In this document: piece by piece, positions 52,574-62,896 of the stretch | Numbering within the stretch: position 1 is the stretch's first letter | Layout: each line of letters starts with the position of its first letter | IMG/VR virus record: IMGVR_UViG_3300045135_002615 | Span: 1 to 64,000 of that record | Length of the DNA stretch: 64,000 bases | Strand: one strand, 5' to 3' | The notes under the pieces: model-generated | What the model was told of the DNA's origin: nothing | Seen by the model: only the letters and a program-made list of their open reading frames with translations | Database searches by the model: none | Translations under genes and position numbers: made by a program

Positions 52574-55500
52574 TAGCCTTCTCCTTTAAGGGGCTTCTTG
52601 AACTCATCACCGAGTTCTCTTGCTGAGTGTTCACCATAAGTATAAGTCGCCTTATTGGTCAGACTTGAAGTCTCCTTCAAGTAGCTCTCAAACAGCCCCC
52701 CATTAGTAGAGCGAGCATAATAGAGAGTCGGGTTAGCATACAGATCAAGAGAGGTGTATGAGGGGCGTTCTATCGCCACATCCCTATCATAGTTTGTACC
52801 ATCTGGACGGAGAACCTCAATCCCCATCAATCCCCTACGAGCCCATAGAGGTGCTCGATCATCAGGAGGGAAAGAGTGTCCTCGATATGACTTCATCGGA
52901 GTCGGGTGGATGTCTATAATCGTTTCATTAGCGGGTGTGTCGTTAGCTATATCAGCAACCTCTAAGGTGAGATTGTTGATGTCATTAACATCTACGAGCT
53001 TAGTTGCATCACCTGGATGCCTCTCATACTTAGGGTAGTCGGGGTGACTTAAGAGCACCTTGACTAAGATGGGAGCTTGGAAGTTGTTACTTGCACCTGC
53101 CACCTCGGGGTCGATACCTCTTGTGTCTCTCGTATATGTTTTATCTATGAGGCAGTTGTCTACTCTGATGTCCTGTTTAAGACCGAGATATTCATCTACG
53201 CTTAGATTAGCGTCCGCCGCTGAGGGGTCGAAGGGATCGTAATAATTCCCGTCTGGGTTGAAAGCGGGGACAATCCCAAGATTAAGGTCAAGGTCAACAC
53301 ACACAACACCTTCATCTACTAGGTACTTCTCGTGATAAGATGTACAACACCCTGCTCCATCTACAAGAGTTGAAGCCTTATCGTTTGTAGGTCCATTAGG
53401 GTCTAGTAAACCCGCATCGACATCTGTCTTGTCGCCAATGAAGTGACGGTATGACTCTCCGTATTCACCATCCATAACACCGACATCGAGCCATGTGGTG
53501 AGCCCTGGTACTTTGACATAGACCCTCATGACTCTCTTTCGCATGAGATACCTTGCCCCATTAATAGTGTGGACAAGACCATCTCTTCTTTGGAGTGGGA
53601 ACTGAGGGTCGATATAAGAGATCATGTCCCAATCAACACCTACGAGGCGTAGCTTAACAGGAGCAAACTGAACTTGTCCTGTTTCGTCTTTTGTGGCTCG
53701 AACCCAACCCTGCTCAATAAGTCCATAGTTTTGTGCTTCTCTTGCCGAGTGGTAAACCTCACCGCCTTCAGGGGGGAGTTCATACCAATCTTTGTTCCAA
53801 TAGGGAGCTTGGGGGGTGAGTACCGGGTTGCCCCCGAAGTTCACATCGAACGCTCTCAAATAACCGACATCAGGGTAGTCCATAGGGTCCGCGATTTCAT
53901 TAAGAAGAGCGGATGTCTCATAGTTAGGTTGAGCGTGACGTAGTTTGGGACTTGTTGCGACCACATCATCATCAATCCAATCATCTCCCTCACGGTCATC
54001 TCCTGTGTTTTTACCTGTGTTAGGTAAGTGATAACCCTTTGAAGAGGCAATGAGAGGGTTAGTAGTTAGGTCTTGACCTTCAAGTGTGGAGTTGGTATTC
54101 CCATCAAAGTCCCAATAGGGATAGACCAAAACCCCTCTTGGTGGAGTTCCGTATTTACCTCCAGTGAGGTGATTACGGGCGAGGTCGGGGAGACCCATGA
54201 CTTGAGCTTCTCTCCAATCAGGTGTGTTGGGGTCTGAAGAGAAGAAGGCTCTTCGGGCGTGCCAGCTATTTCTTAAATAGCCAGCTCCACCATGTCCCGC
54301 AGTGGCTTGGAATACTTGAGGTCTACCAAAGGTAACATAGCTATCAAAGGCTTTTGCAGTCAGTGTGCTTATATCACGCACGGGAACAGCGATATAGCCT
54401 CCGTTCACACCTTCTGAGGGGTTGGGTAGACCTGGACCACTTAGGTTGTCTTTAATGAGTGTATTTGTATTCCCTAAGATGAAGGCTTCAGTGAGGGAGT
54501 TGTTATCTGTATTTGAATATCGGATAGAAGTCTCAGGGTCGGTAGGGTCTTTAAAGAGGTGATAGAGAGTAGACTCTATTCTGTAAGACTCATCAAGGAA
54601 CCTCTCTTGGGTGTCTTTACGAAGGGTAAAGAGTGACCTTAAAGGGATGCGAGTATTGTTGACGGGGGCAACAGCATGTATTTGGTCCTCCGAGTAGAAG
54701 GGTTCATTACCTAACCCGCTGACTGTGATGTACCCTCTTAGGTCTTGAGTAAAGTTGCCGTATTCAGGGAGTTCCCTGTTTCCTGTCGGGGGGACTTCAA
54801 TCCACACAATCCCGTAGTTAATATATCCATTATGGTCGAGAGAAGGGCGAGGATGCGGATGAGTCGGGGAGTCATAGAGCACTAACTCCTCGGAGGAAAG
54901 CTCAAACTCAAATGCTCTGACAAAAGATACATACCCAACATTGGCTACGGGGTCTGTATCAAAAGGAGCTATGGCGGGGTCCATATCTTGACCGAGCCAT
55001 TCGCACTGACCTGTAGGGATACCATGTAAGTTAGCATAGAGCTCTAGATAGAAACCTTGAACCCAAATGTCTACCGGATTTTGTTCTAAAGCAAAGCCAA
55101 GTAGAAGGTCGGGTTTCCCTGTAGCCCCTAGACTGAGAATGGATTCATTAACAGAGTTTTCGTCTAGAGTGCTTGGGTCAGTTAAAGGGACTGATGAATA
55201 GCACTCGACATAGTACTCGACACCCTTGACCATGAGGAACTTAGCGGAGGCGAATACATCAAGAAATGTAAGATCGGAAGAGGTAGGTCTATAGACAGGT
55301 CGATCACTTGGGTACTGATATCCTTCAGGTGTCTCAACATCAGCATCATTTTCATCAACTCTATTCCAACCTGAGCATAGCTCTAGAGCATAACCATTAC
55401 TTTCTGAACCTGCTATTGGGAGGAGGGTGAGAGGTTGATAGACCTTATAACCCTCTTCATCATAGCGATAAATGGAGAACGATTGACCCGCTCTACGAGG

Positions 55501-58212
55501 AGAAGTAGTCGTTGTGATATGAGCGGGGTCCGTGCTTTCAATCGTGTTCTGCCAACCCGCAAAGAGATACACCTCTAAGAAGTTGTGATTGAAGTCCCCA
55601 TAAGGGGCTTCTTGATTTCCGCTCAAGGTGTAATAGTCAGACATCTGTGTGATGTTTGAACTTGATGACGTTGTACGAACCTCACCAACAGGTGATAACC
55701 TTCTGCCGTATAGCTCAAGTAAAGACAGCTTACGGGCGGAGTGGTAGAGCAACTTAGCATTATTACCTGTGGTGGCTTCTACATCATCAAGGACTACCTC
55801 TACTCCTACGTTGTCAAGATGCCTATGAGGTTTATTAACAAGGATAGATGTCCTTGTGGCAGAGGTTGAGAAGGTACAGAAGCCGTCCTTTTTATCCCAT
55901 TCTTCAAGTAGAGAAACAGGCTTAACTGAGTCCCCCTTAGCGTAGACTACAAGTGTCCCCATCTCACCCTCAAGCCATGTGCTTTGGTGTTTAACACCAC
56001 CCTCACCCGAGTGTATAATCGAGAGGTTATCAGTTGCAGTGAGTGAACTTGTTAAAACTTGTGCAAGAGGGCGTACAGAAGCATAAGGTTGATTAGATGT
56101 CGCCTCCGTGTACTTCCACTCTGAATAGGAATCGTCTGTTCGTGCATCGAACTCAACATCAAGCCGTACACGCAGGTTTCTCTGTTCTTCCACTCTAACA
56201 GGGTCTGGCACACCTCCCCTTTTAGAGATGTGTCCGTCATAAGAGAAGGGTGAAGTGGGGTGGACATAGATAACACCTGAGATGAAACTGAAGTAGGTGT
56301 TGTACCTTTGAAGTTTACCCCTATTGAGGTTGTCTTCGTAAGAATGTAAGAACTCAACCCTACTTGAAGTCTCAATAGAACCTGACCCATAATAGGGCGT
56401 GGTGTGCTTCATCTCAAAGTTCACGTTAGGCCTGAATAGACTTAGGTTTTGTACTCCCGTAAACCCTTCAGCACTACTGACAACACCTAGATCGTTGTTC
56501 GAGCCTATAGATTGACCTATATTGTTTGCGGGGTCTGAGTAGTCAATGAGGTTGACGCTATATACCTCCTCGTTAGAGGGTGCGATACCATCTCTAACGA
56601 GCCTTTCAAATGAAGCCTCTGTCTTGAAATGTACGAGAGCAAAAGATCCGAAGTTGTACTCTAGGTGGGTTGAGTCAGATGAGAGTGCCGGATAGGTGTC
56701 ACTCGCCAAGTCCATCAAGTCTACACAGTGCCTATATCGAGCTACCTGAGCTGTAGGTTTATCCTCTCCAAACGTGACGTAACCTCCTGCACTCTCAAAG
56801 TAAGGAGAGTAACCCACCTTTTCTTGGTCCTTGTTAGGTAGGTTCTTGGTGAAGAACCTCTCCCTATCTTCTACAGGTATGGAAAGAGCATTAGCCGTAT
56901 AGTCTTTGAGCATAGGCATACGGTAAGAGAGGAAGTTTCGTTCTTCTCTTACTACGGCTGTCTCTAAGCTTCTCATGAACTCATATGGCGAGAAGAGGAC
57001 AGGGATACCTAGAGAGTAGGTGTTATCTTGAACATTGAAAGCTAAGGGGTCTTTGAGCAGACGTACCTGCCCTCTATGGAACCCCGGATCTGACACATTA
57101 TGGTTAGCTCCTGTACGGGAGTAGTGGGGAGGATAGTTCCCAGTGTGTAGTTCATAAAGGTCAAACTGCCCTGCCTCCCTTGAAGGGAAAGCCCCTTCGC
57201 TACCTTCCGAGAAGATACCCCCAGGCAAACCATCATTAGGACCGATCCCTTGACCTAGGTTAATGGCGGCAACACATCTATTTAAAACTTCGGTAGCATC
57301 TTGAGCCATTCCGTTGAAGCCTGTTGAGATATCGAACTCCTCCGAAGAGAACCGAATAAGAGCTACGACACCTCTATCGGCAGGGTAGAGGACACCGCTA
57401 ATGACAAGACCTAAGTCATCAGGGTCACCTGCTAAGGTTTCTGAAACGAAGGGGTTATAAGTCTGAGTAGAGTAAGGGGTCAGGCTCAACGAGGGTGTAA
57501 TCGTAGAGGTATCTCCATTAAGGTTTTTGAACCCTAAAGTGGCGGATCCCTGTCCTGCTGAAAACCCTACGCTCTTGGTGTGTGTTGAGTTGAACAGGTC
57601 ACCCTCATTTTCGCTGAAATAAGAGGGTTTATAGAGGAAGGGGTAGACCTGCTCAGGGTCGAGCTGTCTAAGGGCTTCACGGGGTACGGATTGAGCTATT
57701 AGGGTTGACCCACCATGTGTGTATTGGTCATCTCCGAATCCGAAGTAGCTTGTAGTCTCAGCATCGCGGTAGTTGAGATTGATGGTGTCATATAAGCCAC
57801 CTTCATTAACCCACTTAACTTCATCAAGGGTGATAGGGTTAAATAGAGACCCATACCCATAGTGAGGCATTTGTCTCTTCTCTGCCCACACCCTAGAAGG
57901 TTGAATCCATGGGTTGGGGTCAATGACTTTAAGAAAACCCCAATCGGGTCTACCGTCATGGCTTACAGTGATGTTGCCATGCTGATACGAGAGAGGAGCT
58001 TGACCGAGGCGTGGAGGGTTAGATGCACCACCCACAAGACTATCTAGGTTATCCTGTACGTTCGTATCAAGGAAGCCCTCACCTGTAGACAGCACTTGAC
58101 TTGCGTTAGGTGAGGGTGAGGAGGGGGCTAGTGGGTTGTAAGAGTTCTTATAGTCTGACCCTTGAGTTGAACTGACTCTAGTGTCCCCATTGTTAATCGT
58201 TCTCTTTGGCAT
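52573..58212 (-). CDS. very large hypothetical structural protein (baseplate/receptor-binding candidate)
   Basis: 1879 aa, G/S/T/D/N/P/Y-rich, beta-like; operon context. Confidence 0.75.
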   Translation of the reverse strand: MPKRTINNGDTRVSSTQGSDYKNSYNPLAPSSPSPNASQVLSTGEGFLDTNVQDNLDSLVGGASNPPRLGQAPLSYQHGNITVSHDGRPDWGFLKVIDPNPWIQPSRVWAEKRQMPHYGYGSLFNPITLDEVKWVNEGGLYDTINLNYRDAETTSYFGFGDDQYTHGGSTLIAQSVPREALRQLDPEQVYPFLYKPSYFSENEGDLFNSTHTKSVGFSAGQGSATLGFKNLNGDTSTITPSLSLTPYSTQTYNPFVSETLAGDPDDLGLVISGVLYPADRGVVALIRFSSEEFDISTGFNGMAQDATEVLNRCVAAINLGQGIGPNDGLPGGIFSEGSEGAFPSREAGQFDLYELHTGNYPPHYSRTGANHNVSDPGFHRGQVRLLKDPLAFNVQDNTYSLGIPVLFSPYEFMRSLETAVVREERNFLSYRMPMLKDYTANALSIPVEDRERFFTKNLPNKDQEKVGYSPYFESAGGYVTFGEDKPTAQVARYRHCVDLMDLASDTYPALSSDSTHLEYNFGSFALVHFKTEASFERLVRDGIAPSNEEVYSVNLIDYSDPANNIGQSIGSNNDLGVVSSAEGFTGVQNLSLFRPNVNFEMKHTTPYYGSGSIETSSRVEFLHSYEDNLNRGKLQRYNTYFSFISGVIYVHPTSPFSYDGHISKRGGVPDPVRVEEQRNLRVRLDVEFDARTDDSYSEWKYTEATSNQPYASVRPLAQVLTSSLTATDNLSIIHSGEGGVKHQSTWLEGEMGTLVVYAKGDSVKPVSLLEEWDKKDGFCTFSTSATRTSILVNKPHRHLDNVGVEVVLDDVEATTGNNAKLLYHSARKLSLLELYGRRLSPVGEVRTTSSSSNITQMSDYYTLSGNQEAPYGDFNHNFLEVYLFAGWQNTIESTDPAHITTTTSPRRAGQSFSIYRYDEEGYKVYQPLTLLPIAGSESNGYALELCSGWNRVDENDADVETPEGYQYPSDRPVYRPTSSDLTFLDVFASAKFLMVKGVEYYVECYSSVPLTDPSTLDENSVNESILSLGATGKPDLLLGFALEQNPVDIWVQGFYLELYANLHGIPTGQCEWLGQDMDPAIAPFDTDPVANVGYVSFVRAFEFELSSEELVLYDSPTHPHPRPSLDHNGYINYGIVWIEVPPTGNRELPEYGNFTQDLRGYITVSGLGNEPFYSEDQIHAVAPVNNTRIPLRSLFTLRKDTQERFLDESYRIESTLYHLFKDPTDPETSIRYSNTDNNSLTEAFILGNTNTLIKDNLSGPGLPNPSEGVNGGYIAVPVRDISTLTAKAFDSYVTFGRPQVFQATAGHGGAGYLRNSWHARRAFFSSDPNTPDWREAQVMGLPDLARNHLTGGKYGTPPRGVLVYPYWDFDGNTNSTLEGQDLTTNPLIASSKGYHLPNTGKNTGDDREGDDWIDDDVVATSPKLRHAQPNYETSALLNEIADPMDYPDVGYLRAFDVNFGGNPVLTPQAPYWNKDWYELPPEGGEVYHSAREAQNYGLIEQGWVRATKDETGQVQFAPVKLRLVGVDWDMISYIDPQFPLQRRDGLVHTINGARYLMRKRVMRVYVKVPGLTTWLDVGVMDGEYGESYRHFIGDKTDVDAGLLDPNGPTNDKASTLVDGAGCCTSYHEKYLVDEGVVCVDLDLNLGIVPAFNPDGNYYDPFDPSAADANLSVDEYLGLKQDIRVDNCLIDKTYTRDTRGIDPEVAGASNNFQAPILVKVLLSHPDYPKYERHPGDATKLVDVNDINNLTLEVADIANDTPANETIIDIHPTPMKSYRGHSFPPDDRAPLWARRGLMGIEVLRPDGTNYDRDVAIERPSYTSLDLYANPTLYYARSTNGGLFESYLKETSSLTNKATYTYGEHSARELGDEFKKPLKGEG

Positions 58213-58215
58213 GGA

Positions 58216-61200
58216 TCACTCCCCAAGAAGTAGAAGGTTGCGTGTGCGATAGACGCAAGCAACGACAAGATTAGTGTTGCTATCTGTAGTCATGTCTACT
58301 GCTACAGATTGACCCCATGTATTAGTCTTGACAAAGACAACTAAGAGAACCTCACCACGTCTATACAAGTCATGTTCATCAGTGACCACTTTCATTAAAC
58401 AAGGCACAGCCGTCTTGTAGTCACGGGTGAAATTGGTCATGTTCTTTGCAAACGTAGCTGGGACATAAGACCCATCACCCATCGCAGGGTAGACCACACG
58501 GTTGAACCCGTCTTTCTGGGGGGGTGTCGTCAAAGACCCAAGCACGAGATTAACGGAACTAGCCAACGACACAAATGAAGGGAGATCAACGGCACCTGTG
58601 TTGATCCCAAGATCATCTAAGAACACTTCATTAGTGTTCATGACGAGGTACTCATCATAACCATTAGCTTCACCGAGAGGAGATGACCCAAGCTCATAGG
58701 TGGGGTTGCTAAAGGGGTATGTGAAACTCGACCTCATAAAGCCACTGACCTTGTCACCCATAGCTAGTGGTTCTAACTCTAGGTTGTAGGGGACTACACC
58801 ACCATTATTGGTGCTGATTTGAGCCTGTGCGAGAGGAAAGTCGGACCCACATGTTTGAGGAGCTTGGCGGTTGTAATAGACGAGCATGGTTGCAGCGGTA
58901 GGGGCGACTAAAGGATAGCAGTCTATTTGGATGTTCCTCTGACCTGCTCCCCATACTTCATTCCATGCGATCTTGGGTTCTGAGTGACCAAACTGACACT
59001 CGGCTTCGTTCAGTGTGAGGGGTACGGGGTTGAGTGCATCTGACACATCTGTGACGGTGATTGTAGAGGTATCTCCATAGACTCTAAAGGGCAAATAAGT
59101 AAACGACTGACCCCTTGAGACACAAGAGTGGGATACAACATTGCCGATCTCCTCCAGAGTCACATCTTGCTTAGCTTCTCGCATGGTGACAATCGGCTTA
59201 GGTCTGCTGTTGCCCACCCCTACATTGATGTCTGTGACCCACATGGATTGACCACCTACTTGAACACCCACCCCAAAAGGATAGACACCCGTATCCGCAT
59301 CGGGAACTTGAGCGACGGGAGCGGTCAGCCCATAGTTCCCTGAAGGGTACTCTACGATGAACTCAACAAAGAGAGCACGGCGACTACCATCAACAAGTGG
59401 ATCATTAGAGACTAAGGGGTAGTCCGCACCTCCGCTGAGCCCTCCATTACAGACTTGAGCATTAGCACCTAGAGTGAGGGTCAATATGTTTGTCCCTAAA
59501 CCTTGAGCACTCGTGTAGAAGGCATCTTGTGTAACGTCATTGACGTAGTGACCCTCGTCATGCCAACACATTCCAACATCAATGATTTTTGTACCTACAG
59601 GGAACCGATCAGCCGGGGCATCAAACCCTAGATTTGCGGTGTACCAATCGTGACGACTACCCACTTGCATTGCGGTCAAGTCAAACTCAACCACATCACC
59701 TTCATGCCAACCCTCTTGCGTAGGATCTGCGGGTACTTGTGTGACACCAGGTACATTTGGGTTCGGTGATAAATCTGTTCGTGGGTATACGGGAACGAAG
59801 AACCTCTCGATAGTAGGCTCATTAGAGAACCTCCTCACGATGTGGTCAAATGTCCTCTTATACTCACCTGCGTTGAAGACATAGGAGGGGTCCCCAAAAG
59901 CATCGCACATAAGTGGTGTGTGACTCACCCCTGCCGTACCATTACCCGTATCCGCTAAGTTGTGTGCTTCCGCAACCCATGTCTTATTACGGGTGTCGAG
60001 AAGCTCATGGAACTGGCGAGCAAGTTCTGAAGAGTAATCAACACCATAAGGGAACACACGACGCCTCATATCAAGTACGTCTTCTTGAGTCACTTCATCT
60101 GAGAAATGCCCATCTGGTCGGTCTGACAAGGTCGCAGGAACATTGTCTACATAGGTACTTGGGAGCAGTGATGTGCCATCGTGGTCATGTAAAGCCCCTG
60201 TATTGAACCTTGCGAAAGCATCGAATCCTTGTGTACCACCACGAGGTTGATTACGCCTGTAGACAAAAGCAACAGGCATGGCATACACATAACCATCAAC
60301 CGTCCCAAGTTCATTAGCTAATGTTTCAGAGCCATCACCTGCGACCCATAGACCATTATCTGAGGAGTGTCTGATGAAAGTGGCACTAGCATGTGGGGCG
60401 GACAAAGAACCTTGAGCAAAGAGATCAGGGTAGTTGAACCCGAAGATGTGATCGGACACACTATAGTTCAACATAGGATGTGCTCTTAAGCGGTATTGAA
60501 CTTGAACCCTGCGACTAGAGGAGACTTCAAGAGTTGGGTCTTGTATGTCATCTACGAGCCACAAGTCACTATGTGAGTCTACGTTGCCCGAATAGTACAC
60601 ATGATTGGCATCAGGCTTACCTTCCCCATCTGAGCCACCACTAGGTTGATCTACAACTACGACTCCAGAGCTTGAAGATGAAATCGTGTAGTTAGGGTAG
60701 TTACCGTCTAACCCACCTGTCAGAGAGAGGAACACATAACGGGTACCTCTCGTCTCCGCTGTGACAGTGACAGAACCTAGAGTCAACCCGAGTCCTGGAC
60801 CATCATAGTCGTTGATTGCGTCCGCGATATTTCTTGCAGTCTCAGGTTGAGAGGCGGAGACTTGGTAATCAACACCTGCGGTGAGGGTGATACCATCGCC
60901 TGGGATATTGAAAGAGAGTAAATCACCATTAAGGGGGCTTGAGACTCTGATACGAGCTTTAGCACCCATGCTAGGGGTGACTTCACGCCGCCATACCTCT
61001 AAGAACACGAAGTCCACGAGTCTACCTGACTCTTCGGGTGTAGAGAGAGTGACCTTATTGAGCAATGGGTCTGTTGAGTTAGTGCCTTTTACCTCTACCT
61101 TCATGCCATTCACGTTGGCGGTGAAGCTACGCATATAGAGTGTGTTGGGTGTGAAGTCAGGGTTCAGCACTTTGTTAGGATATGAACCCGTATAGGGCTT

Positions 61201-61404
61201 TACAAATAGGAACTCACCGTGAGTGGGGTTCACGGGGTGCTGTGAGACCATACCTGAAGGTGTGTTCAGACGTTGCTTGAGGATGTCTTGAGACAGGTTG
61301 AGTTCACTATCGAGGAGTGGTCTGCCGAACTGATGAACAACAGAATCCCAAGCGTAGTCAGCAACCTCTAGGTTGCGGCTAGTGGAGGATAAATATTTAG
61401 TCAT
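58216..61404 (-). CDS. large structural protein (baseplate wedge/fibre-anchor-like), paralog of 46603 ORF
   Basis: RPLLDSELNL, DFVFLEVW, RRVQVQY, RPDGHFSD..DVLDMR. Confidence 0.75.
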   Translation of the reverse strand: MTKYLSSTSRNLEVADYAWDSVVHQFGRPLLDSELNLSQDILKQRLNTPSGMVSQHPVNPTHGEFLFVKPYTGSYPNKVLNPDFTPNTLYMRSFTANVNGMKVEVKGTNSTDPLLNKVTLSTPEESGRLVDFVFLEVWRREVTPSMGAKARIRVSSPLNGDLLSFNIPGDGITLTAGVDYQVSASQPETARNIADAINDYDGPGLGLTLGSVTVTAETRGTRYVFLSLTGGLDGNYPNYTISSSSSGVVVVDQPSGGSDGEGKPDANHVYYSGNVDSHSDLWLVDDIQDPTLEVSSSRRVQVQYRLRAHPMLNYSVSDHIFGFNYPDLFAQGSLSAPHASATFIRHSSDNGLWVAGDGSETLANELGTVDGYVYAMPVAFVYRRNQPRGGTQGFDAFARFNTGALHDHDGTSLLPSTYVDNVPATLSDRPDGHFSDEVTQEDVLDMRRRVFPYGVDYSSELARQFHELLDTRNKTWVAEAHNLADTGNGTAGVSHTPLMCDAFGDPSYVFNAGEYKRTFDHIVRRFSNEPTIERFFVPVYPRTDLSPNPNVPGVTQVPADPTQEGWHEGDVVEFDLTAMQVGSRHDWYTANLGFDAPADRFPVGTKIIDVGMCWHDEGHYVNDVTQDAFYTSAQGLGTNILTLTLGANAQVCNGGLSGGADYPLVSNDPLVDGSRRALFVEFIVEYPSGNYGLTAPVAQVPDADTGVYPFGVGVQVGGQSMWVTDINVGVGNSRPKPIVTMREAKQDVTLEEIGNVVSHSCVSRGQSFTYLPFRVYGDTSTITVTDVSDALNPVPLTLNEAECQFGHSEPKIAWNEVWGAGQRNIQIDCYPLVAPTAATMLVYYNRQAPQTCGSDFPLAQAQISTNNGGVVPYNLELEPLAMGDKVSGFMRSSFTYPFSNPTYELGSSPLGEANGYDEYLVMNTNEVFLDDLGINTGAVDLPSFVSLASSVNLVLGSLTTPPQKDGFNRVVYPAMGDGSYVPATFAKNMTNFTRDYKTAVPCLMKVVTDEHDLYRRGEVLLVVFVKTNTWGQSVAVDMTTDSNTNLVVACVYRTRNLLLLGE

Positions 61405-61419
61405 TGGTGAGCCTCTCTA

Positions 61420-62070
61420 TCAGAACGTCAAACGCCATGTGATTGCGAGGACAGCCCCATTAGGTTTATTGATGACAGGAAAGGTCAAGTAGTTGACCAG
61501 TACATCGTAGTCCCGCACGTCCAAAGTCTCGTCACGCTCGTTGGGGAAGTTATTAGGGTTTGAGACGAAGGTGTTAGGGGCGTTGTTTGTATTGACAGCG
61601 GAGAGCAAGCCCATCTCATTTAGAGCACCAACGGCTTCACTAGCTTCAAAGGTTGTAGTGAAGTCTACGATGTTTGTAGGCACGGAGCTGAGAGAACCTT
61701 CTGCTGTCCTATAGGTGACACTTGAGAAGGTCTTCTTATAGAGGGGTGTATTGAGTGTCCTTTGTTGATAGTCAGGTGTATCTGGACTTTGTGCTGTGCC
61801 TGAAGCACCCGTACCTACGGAGAGCATATTGATGTGTCTACTGTTCCCTTGACCGATGTGGTTGGAGAAAAGTAGAGCTGCGAGGATGCCACCATCAAGC
61901 GTATAGATATTGGATTGATCAATGACGACCTCTTCGTGATTGTCATAAGAGAGGACACCAAAGACATCTCCCTTAACGCGGATTGAGGGTTGCTCAATGA
62001 ACCCAAGTCCAAAGTTAAGGGCGGTAGTTGAGGGGGGTGAAATCTTAGATTTAATCATGCTATCCTCCAT
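61420..62070 (-). CDS. baseplate/tail-collar-like protein
   Basis: LSVGTG, FTTTFE..EA.G.LNEMGL, FPVINK...ITWRLTF; GGAGG RBS. Confidence 0.7.
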   Translation of the reverse strand: MEDSMIKSKISPPSTTALNFGLGFIEQPSIRVKGDVFGVLSYDNHEEVVIDQSNIYTLDGGILAALLFSNHIGQGNSRHINMLSVGTGASGTAQSPDTPDYQQRTLNTPLYKKTFSSVTYRTAEGSLSSVPTNIVDFTTTFEASEAVGALNEMGLLSAVNTNNAPNTFVSNPNNFPNERDETLDVRDYDVLVNYLTFPVINKPNGAVLAITWRLTF

Positions 62071-62127
62071 GCTCTTGGGGCACAGAGGTTAGCTGATAGA
62101 ACAACTAAAAAAACGACCCTCTGTACC

Positions 62128-62850
62128 TTACGCTTGGAACGTAAGAGTGTAAGTGATGGTCAGTGTACCATCATCAGTCTTCGTGATGGTGTTCGTAAGG
62201 TGACGGCGGGCAAAGAGCCTCATGTTCGTGCTCGTAGCTGGCTGAGGACCCCCTGTAAAGCAGTCCGCATCTGCGTTGTCTCCCGCAGTCCAAATACCGA
62301 TCTCTGCGATACCATCAGCGAGGTTTCCCTCAGTAGTGTCAAACTCAGCGGTGAACTGAATCTTGTTGGGCTCAGGGAAAGTGACTGAGTTGATCACTTT
62401 GCAATAGATGGGGGTGACGCTCACAGGGTTGAAGTTACCATCAACCATGGTAGTGAGCTGAGATGAGTTCGCCACATCGGTGTTCTGAGAAGCATTGACA
62501 GGAGATACGGTATTTGTCCCTAGTCCGTCATTGAGGTTGCTGCCGACAGCAATGAAAGAGATGCGGTTACGACCAAAGACATCAAGGGCATTACCCGTAG
62601 CCATGTCAGGACCGATGTAGTCAGGTCCATTAGGGTATGCCGTACCATCAGCCGCCATGCCGAGCTGAGCCGCACGATCAGGGGCGGCGAGCGGGGTAAT
62701 CCCGTCACTTGCGTAAATACGAGAGATGATCTGATCCATCAAGATGTTGTTGGACATCTTGACAACGGTGTTGGGACCCTCTGACTCTTGGATCACGTTG
62801 CCCTGTGCATCCTTGAGGACAGCATGGACGTAGCCTTTGATATTGAACAT
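62128..62850 (-). CDS. baseplate/tail-collar-like protein, paralog of 61420 ORF
   Basis: AAGGAG RBS before ATG 62850; IAVGS, FTAEFD..EG...IAEIGI, LFARR...ITK...ITYTLTF. Confidence 0.7.
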   Translation of the reverse strand: MFNIKGYVHAVLKDAQGNVIQESEGPNTVVKMSNNILMDQIISRIYASDGITPLAAPDRAAQLGMAADGTAYPNGPDYIGPDMATGNALDVFGRNRISFIAVGSNLNDGLGTNTVSPVNASQNTDVANSSQLTTMVDGNFNPVSVTPIYCKVINSVTFPEPNKIQFTAEFDTTEGNLADGIAEIGIWTAGDNADADCFTGGPQPATSTNMRLFARRHLTNTITKTDDGTLTITYTLTFQA

Positions 62851-62896
62851 AGTAGAACTCCTTGTGTGTCTATGAAGACACTCCATAAAAGATTTA

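Noticed and set aside
52573-58212. Hidden intein or intron in the 1879-aa protein
   Set aside because: No C/S-x-x-G-D-T start, TxxH or HN/(C,S,T) end seen, and the frame is uninterrupted
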